This document shows, in pieces, positions 30,260 through 40,207 of a DNA stretch of 64,000 nucleotides. Origin of the DNA: an uncultured Eubacterium sp. (GTDB lineage: Bacteria; Bacillota; Clostridia; Lachnospirales; Lachnospiraceae); contig CAKRFN010000001.1 in assembly GCA_934320655.1 (NCBI GenBank), positions 184,848-248,847 on the forward strand. The letters run 5' to 3'. Every line of letters starts with the position of its first letter. The stretch's first letter is position 1. A program made the translations under genes and the position numbers. The notes beneath the pieces are model-generated. The model was not told where the DNA came from and did no database searches. It saw only the letters and a list, made by a program, of their open reading frames with translations.

Positions 30260-31318
30260 ATGAAAGAAAAAGCATATTATGAGAAGGTAAATATTACAAA
30301 CGCGGTACGGCTGCGTGAACAGCTTCAGGTGCTGCCGCGGTTTTGCAGGGAATATTTTGTCGGCATTGAGCCTACGACCTCCTCACGTACCCGTCTGGCA
30401 TATGCCTATGATCTGGGTATTTTCTTTGAATACATACATGATAATAATCCGGTTTATCGGAAAATGGACATTACCGAATATCCGTTGACGCTTCTAGATG
30501 AGGTGACGGCACTGGACATCGAAGAATATCTGTCCTACTTAAAATATTATGAAAAAAACGGAGTGGAACATACGAATGATGAGCGTGGTGTTGCAAGAAA
30601 GCTCGCCAGTCTGCGCAGTCTGTACAATTATTTTTTCAGGAAAGAACTGATTACGAAGAATCCGCCGTCACTCGTTTCTACACCGAAAATTCACGATAAG
30701 AATATTACGCGGCTCGATGTGGATGAGGTCGCACTGCTGTTAGATCAGGTGGAATCCGGAGAAAAGCTGACCGAGCGACAGAAAATGTATCATGAACAGA
30801 CAAAAAAGCGAGATCTGGCAATCATGACACTGCTGCTTGGCACCGGAATCCGTGTCTCGGAGTGTGTTGGACTCGATATCGACGATCTGGATTTTAAAAA
30901 TAACGGAATCAAGATCCACCGCAAAGGCGGCGCAGAGGTTGTTGTATATTTCGGCGATGAAGTCGCGGATGCGCTGCTCGATTATTTGGAGGAGCGCGAA
31001 ACGATCGAGGCTGCGGAAGGACACGGCAATGCCCTCTTTTTATCGATGCAGAAAAAGAGAATGCAGGTGCGTTCGGTTGAAAATCTCGTAAAAAAGTATT
31101 CCAGACTGATTACGACGGTGAAAAACATCACACCGCACAAGCTGCGCAGTACCTACGGTACGACGCTTTATCAGGAGACAGGTGATATTTATCTTGTTGC
31201 AGATGTGCTCGGACATAAGGATGTCAATACAACAAGAAAGCATTATGCGGCGCAGGCTGACGAACGCCGCCGTATGGCAGGACGTGTCGTACAGTTACGT
31301 GAAAAACCCCAGGAATGA
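30260..31318 (+). CDS. Tyrosine-type site-specific recombinase, XerC/XerD-like
   Basis: N-terminal core-binding SAM-like domain; catalytic R...HKLRSTYGT...GH...TT..Y arrangement. Confidence 0.7.
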   Translation: MKEKAYYEKVNITNAVRLREQLQVLPRFCREYFVGIEPTTSSRTRLAYAYDLGIFFEYIHDNNPVYRKMDITEYPLTLLDEVTALDIEEYLSYLKYYEKNGVEHTNDERGVARKLASLRSLYNYFFRKELITKNPPSLVSTPKIHDKNITRLDVDEVALLLDQVESGEKLTERQKMYHEQTKKRDLAIMTLLLGTGIRVSECVGLDIDDLDFKNNGIKIHRKGGAEVVVYFGDEVADALLDYLEERETIEAAEGHGNALFLSMQKKRMQVRSVENLVKKYSRLITTVKNITPHKLRSTYGTTLYQETGDIYLVADVLGHKDVNTTRKHYAAQADERRRMAGRVVQLREKPQE

Positions 31319-31336
31319 TTTCCCGGGGTTTTGTTG
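31303..31336. terminator. Bidirectional terminator between the xer-like and SPFH genes
   Basis: AAAACCCC...GGGGTTTT hairpin overlapping the xer stop, with U-tracts on both strands. Confidence 0.5.
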
Positions 31337-31382
31337 TCATTGCTATCCAGTTGTTATAAATGAGCGTTGGTCACGCAGACAG

Positions 31383-32618
31383 TTACGGTCTCTTTGAACC
31401 GCAGTTCTGGCAGAAATTGCCCTGATTGACTGTACCGCAGCTACACTGCCAACTGCTCGGCTGCGGCTTGGGTGAACCGCAATTCGGACAGAAGTTACCG
31501 GTTGCTGTTGTACCGCAGCTGCACTGCCAGCCACCCTGTGCGCTTTGTGCCTGCTGAACCGGCTGCTGGGGCTGGGGTATTGCTTGCTGTTGCTGCTGCA
31601 TTGCCTGCTGCTGTTGACCCATGGAATACAGGTTCTGGACGTTCATGCCACCGGCATTCATTGCCATATTCATACCCATAAAGCCTGTCATTGCGCCTGC
31701 GGAATTGTCTGCCGCCGTGCGCATGGCATCTGCCTGTGCACCGGCGAGTGTTGCGGCTGCCATCGTAGGATCGCGCAGAATCGCTGCCTGCTGTGCCTTT
31801 TTGATCATTTCCTGATCTTCCGGCGGTAATGTCACACTGCCGAGCGCTACAGATATGATCTTCAAACCACGCAGCTGTGTCCACTTCTCGGATAATGCCT
31901 GATTCATCGCACTTTCCAGCTCTGTTGTGTGCTGGGGAATCTGGTTCGGTCTCAGTCCGAGATCTGACAGACGGCCGAATGCAGGCTGTAAAGCGCTGAC
32001 GAACTCTGTCTTTAACTGTGTATCGATCTCATCGCGCTTGAACGCATTCTTGACATTTCCGGATACGCTTGAGAAAAACAGGATCGGATCTACAATCTTA
32101 TAAGAATATACACCGGAAGCACGCACGGATACATCCAGATCCAGACCAATATTCGTATCTACGACACGGAACGGAATCGGGGTAGGTGTTCCGAATTTGT
32201 TATCCATCATTTCTTTTAAGTTGATGAAGTAAACGCGCTGATCCTTTCCGGTATCACCGCCAAATGAAAAACGCTCGTCGATCGTAGCAAATGTCTTTCG
32301 CACGCTGTCTCCGAGATCACCGGTAAAGATACTCGGCTCGGTAGATGCGTCAAAGATGTATTCGCCCGGCTCTGCACAGACATCAACGATCTTTCCCTGC
32401 TCTACGATCACCATACACTGTCCGGCTGACACAGCGATTTTGCTGCCTTGTGTAATGATATTGTCATTGCCCTTGGTGTTTGATGAATGTTTGCCGACAC
32501 GCTTCTGTCCGCGAACGAGTAATGTATCGGCTGAAAGTGAATCACAATAGATAAACTCTTTCCACTGATCCGCGAGTGTACCGCCGACCGCGCCGATTGC
32601 TGCTTTAATAAGTCCCAT
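31383..32618 (-). CDS. SPFH/band-7 domain protein with Gln-rich linker and C-terminal double zinc ribbon (YdjI/COG4260-like)
   Basis: SPFH-like core; poly-Q stretch; duplicated WQCSCGT..GNFC.NCGS zinc-ribbon modules. Confidence 0.7.
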   Translation of the reverse strand: MGLIKAAIGAVGGTLADQWKEFIYCDSLSADTLLVRGQKRVGKHSSNTKGNDNIITQGSKIAVSAGQCMVIVEQGKIVDVCAEPGEYIFDASTEPSIFTGDLGDSVRKTFATIDERFSFGGDTGKDQRVYFINLKEMMDNKFGTPTPIPFRVVDTNIGLDLDVSVRASGVYSYKIVDPILFFSSVSGNVKNAFKRDEIDTQLKTEFVSALQPAFGRLSDLGLRPNQIPQHTTELESAMNQALSEKWTQLRGLKIISVALGSVTLPPEDQEMIKKAQQAAILRDPTMAAATLAGAQADAMRTAADNSAGAMTGFMGMNMAMNAGGMNVQNLYSMGQQQQAMQQQQQAIPQPQQPVQQAQSAQGGWQCSCGTTATGNFCPNCGSPKPQPSSWQCSCGTVNQGNFCQNCGSKRP

Positions 32619-32766
32619 ATGAAAATACCTCCTCCAAATGATCTTTTTCTACTGATATCCATTGTATAGCATTTTCCGTCAGAATTCTATCCCTAAATAC
32701 AAATTTGTTGCTGTTCCCCGTACCACGTTCCGGCAGCATCCACAACAGTATGCACAAATCCATCTA

Positions 32767-34188
32767 TTAGAGCGGACAGATTTTGATCAGCATCAGCCAT
32801 GCCAGACCGTAGTAAGTGAGTACCGCCACCAGATCGTTCATCGTCGTAATAAGTGGACCGGAGGCAACGGCAGGATCGATGTGGATCTTATGAAACATCA
32901 TAGGAATCAACGTTCCGACCAGACTGGATATAATCATGGCAACAAGCAGTGAGATCCCCACGCATCCGGAAATCAAAAATGCCTTTGCCAGAATATGGTA
33001 TTTAAACAAATAGGTATAGCATCCCACAAATACAAATGCCAATACTGCCAAAAACAGTCCGTTCAAAAATCCTACCTTTGTCTCCTTCATCACGAGGAAA
33101 AATTTTTGTTTTCCGGTCAGATGCTCGTCTACCAGTACACGGATCGTGACAGCTAATGACTGTGTGCCGACATTTCCTGCCATATCCAGAATCAATGACT
33201 GGAAACAGATCACGATCGGAACAACCGCTACAACCGATTCGAATACGCCGACTACAGAGGAGACACCCATGCCTAAAAACAACAGGATAATCAGCCACGG
33301 AAGGCGCTTTTTCATACTCTCAGCAGCAGTCTCATTCAGATCCTCGCTCTCGGTCAGACCTGCCAGCTTTGCATAATCCTCGCCGAGTTCCTCATCCACG
33401 AACTCAATAATATCCTGCGCCGTGATCGCACCAATCAGATGTCCCTGATCCGATAATACCGGAATCGAATCCTCTGCGTAGTCCTTGATGCGTTCTACAC
33501 AGTCCTCCATCTTTTCATGTTCGTTGACATACGGGTAGGATTTACTGATCAGTTTCTCCAACACATCATTTTCGCGCGCGACAATGAGATCGGTCAGGTC
33601 GATCGCACCATAAAAACACCCCTGCTCGTCCACTACATAAACTGTCAGAATATTGTCATTTTCGCCTGCCTGCAGGATCAGCTCGTGCATCGCCTGACGA
33701 ATCGTGAGATGGCGGTCAATAACTACATAGTTGGTCGTCATTTTACTTCCGATCTCATCCTCCGCATAAGATAACAGCATGCGCAGATCATCCCGCGCAT
33801 CCGTGTCTAGCAGGCCTGCCAGACGGCTTCGCAGTGCCGGATTAACCGTTTCGAGGACATCGACTGCATCATCCGAATCCATCTCGGAGAGGACATCTGC
33901 TGTTGTCTGCAAATCCAATTCCCCTAAAAACGTACCGGCGTGATCCATATAGGGGATGATCTCCGCCAGCCGCCGGACACCTAACACCGGATATAACAGC
34001 CTGCGCTCATCAGCAGAGAGCTGCTGCAATGCATCTGCAATGTCGTTCTCATGGTAATCGGCGATCAGCTCCAAAAACTGCTCCGTGGCAGCGTGATCGG
34101 AAACATTCCGGATATAGCGGCGGATCATCGCCAGTAATTCATCGACGTAGCTGTGTCTGTATAATAATTCGTTCGTTGTTCTGTTCAT
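32767..34188 (-). CDS. mgtE: Magnesium transporter MgtE
   Basis: N-domain, tandem CBS domains and five TM segments with the MgtE signature. Confidence 0.9.
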   Translation of the reverse strand: MNRTTNELLYRHSYVDELLAMIRRYIRNVSDHAATEQFLELIADYHENDIADALQQLSADERRLLYPVLGVRRLAEIIPYMDHAGTFLGELDLQTTADVLSEMDSDDAVDVLETVNPALRSRLAGLLDTDARDDLRMLLSYAEDEIGSKMTTNYVVIDRHLTIRQAMHELILQAGENDNILTVYVVDEQGCFYGAIDLTDLIVARENDVLEKLISKSYPYVNEHEKMEDCVERIKDYAEDSIPVLSDQGHLIGAITAQDIIEFVDEELGEDYAKLAGLTESEDLNETAAESMKKRLPWLIILLFLGMGVSSVVGVFESVVAVVPIVICFQSLILDMAGNVGTQSLAVTIRVLVDEHLTGKQKFFLVMKETKVGFLNGLFLAVLAFVFVGCYTYLFKYHILAKAFLISGCVGISLLVAMIISSLVGTLIPMMFHKIHIDPAVASGPLITTMNDLVAVLTYYGLAWLMLIKICPL

Positions 34189-34379
34189 ATTGTCTGTCTC
34201 CTTTCTGCCTGAAAAAGAGTCGCCCCGGCGGTATGCGAAGCATATATTTCATTTCCGCGAGATGCGCATAAAAAAGTGCGCAAAAAAACACCGCTTTCAA
34301 AAAAGCTCTCTTTACCAGTTATCGTGTAAAATCGCTCATTTTATGCGGTGTTAGACAATATAAACAGAAGCGCCGCGTC

Positions 34380-34565
34380 TCCCGCGCGCCTGAGTGATAT
34401 GCACAGCATATCCCATCAGGTACGATCTGCGTATCTATGTTCAAGAGATCATGGACACGCTGTGCCTGATAGATGTTTGCCCGTCACCGCAAATAATACT
34501 TCGACTTGGACTACCACAACCGTCCATATCTCTCACCTCCTATATAATAACCTGATAACTTAAGA
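34380..34565 (-). ncRNA. Candidate M-box (ykoK) Mg2+ riboswitch aptamer within the ~450-nt mgtE leader
   Basis: Minus-strand AGGTGAG, GTCCAAGTCGAAG and GGGCAAACA patches loosely resembling M-box conserved elements; long GC-rich leader with downstream hairpins; the match is weak. Confidence 0.35.
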
Positions 34566-34650
34566 ATTAAGAACCATCATTTTACCTTTTTCATTGAAAA
34601 GCATAAAATCGATGATCACATATTTCTAATGTCTGATTTGAACCGTTGTT

Positions 34651-34679
34651 ATCATAGGCTATATTTTTATGTTTGTCAA
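34651..34679 (-). promoter_or_regulatory. Sigma-A promoter for the mgtE leader
   Basis: TTGACA, 17-nt spacer, TATGAT on the minus strand, directly abutting the yneA-like stop codon. Confidence 0.5.
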
Positions 34680-34680
34680 G

Positions 34681-35013
34681 CTATAATACCGTCTTTACCG
34701 GAACTAATATATAAGCGCCCGCCTGAATGCGGTCAGAGTCCAGTCCGTTCAGCGCCTTCATCTGTTCTACAAACTGCTCCGTATCTGTAGTACCGCGATA
34801 CTGCTGCGCAAGACTCCACAATGAGTCGCCTCCACTGATATAAACACTCTCATAGGTCGTCTGTGTCTGACGCTGTGCCGCCTGTGTATGCCCTGCCGTC
34901 GCTATCGCGCTGAAAGAAAAGGTACAAAGTAAAATCACACTCAATGTCACGAGTACAAATAAAAGATTCCGGATCGAAAAATAATTTTTAGAAATATCAT
35001 GTGAAGTTCTCAT
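34681..35013 (-). CDS. yneA: YneA-like LysM-domain membrane protein (candidate SOS cell-division inhibitor)
   Basis: TM segment plus C-terminal LysM (DSLWSLAQQY...ILVP); divergent from lexA with a Cheo box right upstream; internal ATG 35013 has a GGAGGA RBS. Confidence 0.6.
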   Translation of the reverse strand: MRTSHDISKNYFSIRNLLFVLVTLSVILLCTFSFSAIATAGHTQAAQRQTQTTYESVYISGGDSLWSLAQQYRGTTDTEQFVEQMKALNGLDSDRIQAGAYILVPVKTVL

Positions 35014-35031
35014 AAGTATGTCCTCCATTCC

Positions 35032-35045
35032 CGAACAGCTGTTCT
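35032..35045. promoter_or_regulatory. Cheo-type SOS box (LexA operator), best copy
   Basis: CGAACAGCTGTTCT against consensus CGAACRNRYGTTYG; 4 nt upstream of the yneA-like ORF in the yneA/lexA divergent region. Confidence 0.6.
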
Positions 35046-35062
35046 GCTACTAATATAGCATC

Positions 35063-35169
35063 AGAACATTTGTTTGTCAATCAGAAAATCGAACAAATTT
35101 TCGGAATATATGTTTGATTTTTCTGGCTTCATATGATACACTGAATAAGAGAAAACGAACATATATGCA
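35063..35169. promoter_or_regulatory. Three further partial LexA boxes plus a putative lexA promoter
   Basis: AGAACATTTGTTTG (35063-76), CGAACAAATTTTCG (35090-103), CGAACATATATGCA (35156-69); TTGATT-17-TACACT at 35114-35142. Confidence 0.4.
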
Positions 35170-35207
35170 TCCGGTTACTTTTCGGTTCCGGCTTAGGAGG
35201 ATCATTT

Positions 35208-35825
35208 ATGGCAAATGGAAAAATCAGCGACAAGCAACGCGAAATATTAGAATATATCAAGCAGGAGATCTTACAGCGCGGCTATCCGCCGGCTGTCCGT
35301 GAGATTTGTGAGGCGGTGAACTTAAAGTCTACTTCATCCGTTCACTCCCATCTGGAGACACTTGAGAAAAACGGTTATATCCGCCGTGATCCGACGAAGC
35401 CCCGTGCGATCGAGATTCTGGATGATGACTTTAACCTCACGAGGCGTGAGATTGTAAACGTGCCGATTATCGGACAGGTCGCTGCCGGTGAGCCGATCTT
35501 TGCCGAGCAGAATATTCAGGATTATTTCCCAGTTCCGGCAGAGTACATGCCGAATGTGGAGACCTTTATGTTGAAGGTAAAAGGTGAGAGTATGATCAAT
35601 GCCGGCATCCTGAGCGGCGATTCGGTACTTGTCCAGAGACAGTCTGATGCCAGAAACGGTGATATGGTCGTGGCACTCGTTGATGATTCTGCCACAGTAA
35701 AGACATTTTACAAGGAGGACGGTCATTACCGCCTGCAGCCTGAAAATGATACGATGGATCCGATCATCGTGGATCACTGTGAGATTTTAGGAAAGGTATT
35801 CGGTGTTTTCAGGCTTTATAACTAA
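35208..35825 (+). CDS. lexA: LexA repressor
   Basis: N-terminal wHTH; cleavage-site region VAAGEPI; S24 catalytic Ser/Lys (GESM ... K); AGGAGG RBS. Confidence 0.9.
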   Translation: MANGKISDKQREILEYIKQEILQRGYPPAVREICEAVNLKSTSSVHSHLETLEKNGYIRRDPTKPRAIEILDDDFNLTRREIVNVPIIGQVAAGEPIFAEQNIQDYFPVPAEYMPNVETFMLKVKGESMINAGILSGDSVLVQRQSDARNGDMVVALVDDSATVKTFYKEDGHYRLQPENDTMDPIIVDHCEILGKVFGVFRLYN

Positions 35826-35832
35826 AATAAAT

Positions 35833-35862
35833 GAGCTGCCGGTCTGGCAGCTCTTTCGTTTT
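35833..35862. terminator. Hairpin terminator between lexA and rsfS (convergent)
   Basis: 8-bp stem GAGCTGCC / GGCAGCTC with loop GGTCT, followed by TTTCGTTTT. Confidence 0.5.
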
Positions 35863-36211
35863 ATAACTCATCCACAGATACTTCTTTTCCATCTGTCCAG
35901 ATACGCTCTAAATCATAGAACAGACGGTCTTCTTTTGAGAATACATGCACGATCACATCGCCGTAATCCATCAAAATCCATGTGGAGTTGCGGTTTCCCT
36001 CGGTCTGCTTTAACTGGCAGCCCGCCTTGTACAGTTCTTCTTCCACAGAATCACACATTGCCTGCAGCTGGTTCTGGTTTGCACCGTCTGCGATGATAAA
36101 ATAATCTGCGATCGGTGAAATCTCACTGATGTCAATAATCTTGATGTTTTCACCTTTCTTATCAGCTAAAGCCTCATAAGCCACCTTTGCAAATTTTGCA
36201 CTTTCAGCCAT
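35861..36211 (-). CDS. rsfS: Ribosome silencing factor RsfS (Iojap family)
   Basis: Match to the ENIKIIDISEISPIADYFIIADG...DYGDVIVHVF signature. Confidence 0.85.
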   Translation of the reverse strand: MAESAKFAKVAYEALADKKGENIKIIDISEISPIADYFIIADGANQNQLQAMCDSVEEELYKAGCQLKQTEGNRNSTWILMDYGDVIVHVFSKEDRLFYDLERIWTDGKEVSVDEL

Positions 36212-36791
36212 TGTTCGTTTCTCCTTTCTGATGATAATACTCGTAAGTCTCCTGCGTCATCGGATCGACCGTATTCGGTGAATCCGACAGGTAATTTAAC
36301 GTGTCCGTCAAAATCATTTCACATGCCTGATCCAGATCCTGAAATGCCGTATAGCGGATCTCGTCCAGATGCCGCGCCCGGTCACGGTGCGGCTCGATAT
36401 AATCGGCAATAAAAACAATCTGCTGTAACGGCTTCATCGCCGGCGCACCGGTCGTATGTGTCGCAATCGCCTGACAGACATCCTCGCTGTCTACCTCATA
36501 TTTTTCACGGGCAAGAACTGCGCCCAGCTTTGCATGGATCAGGGCGGTATTCTGCCGTTCCACCTCTGTCAGCACGACACCGTATTTTTCACACAGCTCA
36601 AATTTTTTCTCATCCGAATAGCATTTCGCACAATCGTGGAGCAGTCCGGCTGTAAGCGCCTGTTCCAGATCAACGTCATGGCGCATGGCGAGTGCCGCTG
36701 ACGTATACATCACGCCTAACGTGTGCTCATAACGGTATTCATTGAGCTTTTTTTTCATTTTTTTCTGTAGATCCAGAATTTTGTCATTCAT
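36204..36791 (-). CDS. yqeK: HD-domain bis(5'-nucleosyl)-tetraphosphatase YqeK
   Basis: HD motif (H...LLHDCAK); conserved nadD-yqeK-rsfS order. Confidence 0.8.
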   Translation of the reverse strand: MNDKILDLQKKMKKKLNEYRYEHTLGVMYTSAALAMRHDVDLEQALTAGLLHDCAKCYSDEKKFELCEKYGVVLTEVERQNTALIHAKLGAVLAREKYEVDSEDVCQAIATHTTGAPAMKPLQQIVFIADYIEPHRDRARHLDEIRYTAFQDLDQACEMILTDTLNYLSDSPNTVDPMTQETYEYYHQKGETNNG

Positions 36792-37416
36792 TGCACATAT
36801 ACTTCCCTGTTAGATCCTGATATAATTGTTTTTCCAAAATATAATCGCGCACCGTATCCGGCACCTGATAGCGGATCGATCTGCCCTCTGCCGCCCGCAG
36901 ACGCAGTTCACTCGATGTGACAGACAGATTGGGCGTATCGAGCAGACAGACATCTGCTGAAAACAGCTCCCGCAGCTCCTCTGCATACATCTGAAGATGT
37001 TCCCGGTCACATTCATCACGGATCGCAGCAACTAATGTCGCGCAGCTACAGATCCGCTCCGGGTGATACCATGTCTTAAAATCGCGCAGCGAATCGCCGC
37101 CCATGATAAAATACAGCCGGTCGTCCGGCGCTTCCTCCCGCATCTGCTCCAAGGTCAGATAGGAGTAGCTTAACCGGTCACTGCGCAGCTCCCTGTCATC
37201 GGCCAAAAATGCCGGATTGCCGGCAATCGCCAGTTCCACCATACGCATGCGGTCTGCGCCGTCTAAAATGTGTTGTCCCTGTTTGTGCGGTGATCTGCCG
37301 GTTGGCAGAAACCGTACTTCATCCAATCCGAGCTGTTCATATGCGTTCTCCGCGATCAGCAGATGTCCGTTATGGATCGGATTGAACGTGCCACCCATGA
37401 TACCGACCTTCTTCAT
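36784..37416 (-). CDS. nadD: Nicotinate-nucleotide adenylyltransferase
   Basis: GGTFNPIHNGHL (H/T)xGH motif. Confidence 0.9.
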   Translation of the reverse strand: MKKVGIMGGTFNPIHNGHLLIAENAYEQLGLDEVRFLPTGRSPHKQGQHILDGADRMRMVELAIAGNPAFLADDRELRSDRLSYSYLTLEQMREEAPDDRLYFIMGGDSLRDFKTWYHPERICSCATLVAAIRDECDREHLQMYAEELRELFSADVCLLDTPNLSVTSSELRLRAAEGRSIRYQVPDTVRDYILEKQLYQDLTGKYMCNE

Positions 37417-37428
37417 TAAAGCCGCCTC

Positions 37429-37725
37429 CTATTTTGGAAGTACAATTTTCGGATTTTTCTTATTCGGACGATATAAAACGATCTTTTTTCCGATCACGAT
37501 CACAACGTCGGAATGTGTGCGCTCGGCAATGATCGTTGCCAGCTCATGCGGATCATCCATGCAATTTTTCAATACGGAGATCTTGATCAGCTCTCGTTTT
37601 TCAATCGCATCGTCAATCGCCTGAACCATCGTGGGCGTGATCGATGATTTGCCGATCTGGAAGATCGCATCCTCCGCGCTGGCAAGTCCCTTTAAATAAG
37701 AGCGCTGTTTGCTTGTGAAATTCAT
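37429..37725 (-). CDS. yhbY: YhbY/CRS1-family RNA-binding protein
   Basis: LTSKQRSYLKGLA...IQIGK motif; GGGAGGA RBS 5 nt before ATG 37725. Confidence 0.8.
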   Translation of the reverse strand: MNFTSKQRSYLKGLASAEDAIFQIGKSSITPTMVQAIDDAIEKRELIKISVLKNCMDDPHELATIIAERTHSDVVIVIGKKIVLYRPNKKNPKIVLPK

Positions 37726-37738
37726 GGTTTTCCTCCCA

Positions 37739-39034
<1,296 letters not shown>

Positions 39035-39092
39035 CTAAAATATGATGGTAAAAAATGAGCTGTTACAAAAACTGCAACAGCCCACCTGATTC

Positions 39093-39383
39093 TTATTCGT
39101 TTTCAGCTACCGGATAAACACAAGCCTGTTTCTTGTCTCTACCCTTTCTCTCAAATCTTAAAATACCACTTGTCAGAGCGAATAAAGTATCATCTCCGCC
39201 GATTCCAACGTTCACGCCGGGATGGATCTTGGTTCCACGCTGTCTGTAAATGATATTACCAGCCTTTACGAACTGTCCGTCTGCTCTCTTTGCTCCTAAT
39301 CTCTTTGACTCGGAATCACGACCGTTCTTGGTAGATCCAACTCCCTTTTTATGTGCAAAAAACTGAAGGTTCAATTCAAACAT
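39093..39383 (-). CDS. rpmA: 50S ribosomal protein L27 with cleavable N-terminal extension
   Basis: [30 protein letters not shown]. Confidence 0.95.
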   Translation of the reverse strand: MFELNLQFFAHKKGVGSTKNGRDSESKRLGAKRADGQFVKAGNIIYRQRGTKIHPGVNVGIGGDDTLFALTSGILRFERKGRDKKQACVYPVAENE

Positions 39384-39386
39384 TGG

Positions 39387-39716
39387 TTACACCTCCTTGA
39401 AATCTAGTGTCAGGAATTTCTTCCCGTAATTTGTTTGTATTCCTTGTAAGCCTAAAATCATCGCATCTACTAAAAGTTTTGCCTGAGCTTCACAACCGGA
39501 CGGGAAGTTCACGTGAATCGTTCCCGTATCCTGATCGGCATCTGCGAGAATCGTCGTCGTCGTAAGCTGCTCCACCGCATTGATCGTATTGATCACGAGC
39601 GTTGAAATACCTGCACATACGATGTCCTCACCTGCATCTGCATAACCGGCATGTCCCTCACAGGAAAAACCTGTAAATGCTGTTGCTTGATTTGTGTAAA
39701 TCGTTACATGTGTCAT
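39387..39716 (-). CDS. prp: Ribosomal-processing cysteine protease Prp (YsxB)
   Basis: Catalytic His/Cys motifs (GHAGYA ... DIVCAG); lies between rplU and rpmA. Confidence 0.85.
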   Translation of the reverse strand: MTHVTIYTNQATAFTGFSCEGHAGYADAGEDIVCAGISTLVINTINAVEQLTTTTILADADQDTGTIHVNFPSGCEAQAKLLVDAMILGLQGIQTNYGKKFLTLDFKEV

Positions 39717-39735
39717 AACAATTCACCAGTATCAA

Positions 39736-40041
39736 TTAGCCATTAATCTTTTCAATCTTCACCTGAGTGAAAGCCTGTCTGTGACCGTTTTTCTTATGAT
39801 AACCGGTTTTTCTCTTATACTTGTAAACGATAACCTTCTTGCCGCGTCCTTCTTTTACAACGCTTGCAGTTACAGTTGCGTCCTTGACATCATCTGCAAC
39901 CTTCATGGTTCCGTCGTTTACAGCAATCACCTGATCAAAAGTAACAGTCTCGCCAGCTTCTACACCAAGCTTTTCAATGGTAATGATATCGCCCTCGGAT
40001 ACTTTGTACTGCTTACCACCTGTTGCTATAATTGCGTACAT
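39736..40041 (-). CDS. rplU: 50S ribosomal protein L21
   Basis: [18 protein letters not shown]... L21 signature. Confidence 0.95.
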   Translation of the reverse strand: MYAIIATGGKQYKVSEGDIITIEKLGVEAGETVTFDQVIAVNDGTMKVADDVKDATVTASVVKEGRGKKVIVYKYKRKTGYHKKNGHRQAFTQVKIEKING

Positions 40042-40134
40042 ATGGCACCTCCTATTTTATCATTACTCGCCAGTTGTGGTGGTGTCCGTAAAAAAGAACA
40101 CACTTTTAGACCTCACTGTGCGGCATACCTCTGT

Positions 40135-40163
40135 ATAATAGCATTTCAAGGCATATTCGTCAA
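40135..40163 (-). promoter_or_regulatory. Sigma-A-type promoter of the rplU-prp-rpmA operon
   Basis: TTGACG, 17-nt spacer, TATTAT on the minus strand; leaves an ~85-nt 5' leader (40042-40128) before rplU. Confidence 0.45.
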
Positions 40164-40207
40164 CTGTTTTTCTAAATTTTTTTGCAATTTCTGGATGTTT
40201 CCGTGCA

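Noticed and set aside
31472-31884. Several 60-130-aa ORFs on both strands within the SPFH gene 3' region
   Set aside because: They are generated by the Gln- and Cys-rich repetitive coding sequence, overlap a supported gene and have no RBS.
30260-32618. Prophage or integrative element inferred from the tyrosine recombinase
   Set aside because: There are no phage structural, replication or excisionase genes, and no flanking direct repeats or tRNA target were found. A single Xer-like gene is insufficient evidence.
39093-39716. Unusual N-terminal extension on L27 with the adjacent small Cys protease
   Set aside because: This is the established Firmicutes Prp/L27 maturation system and is not novel.
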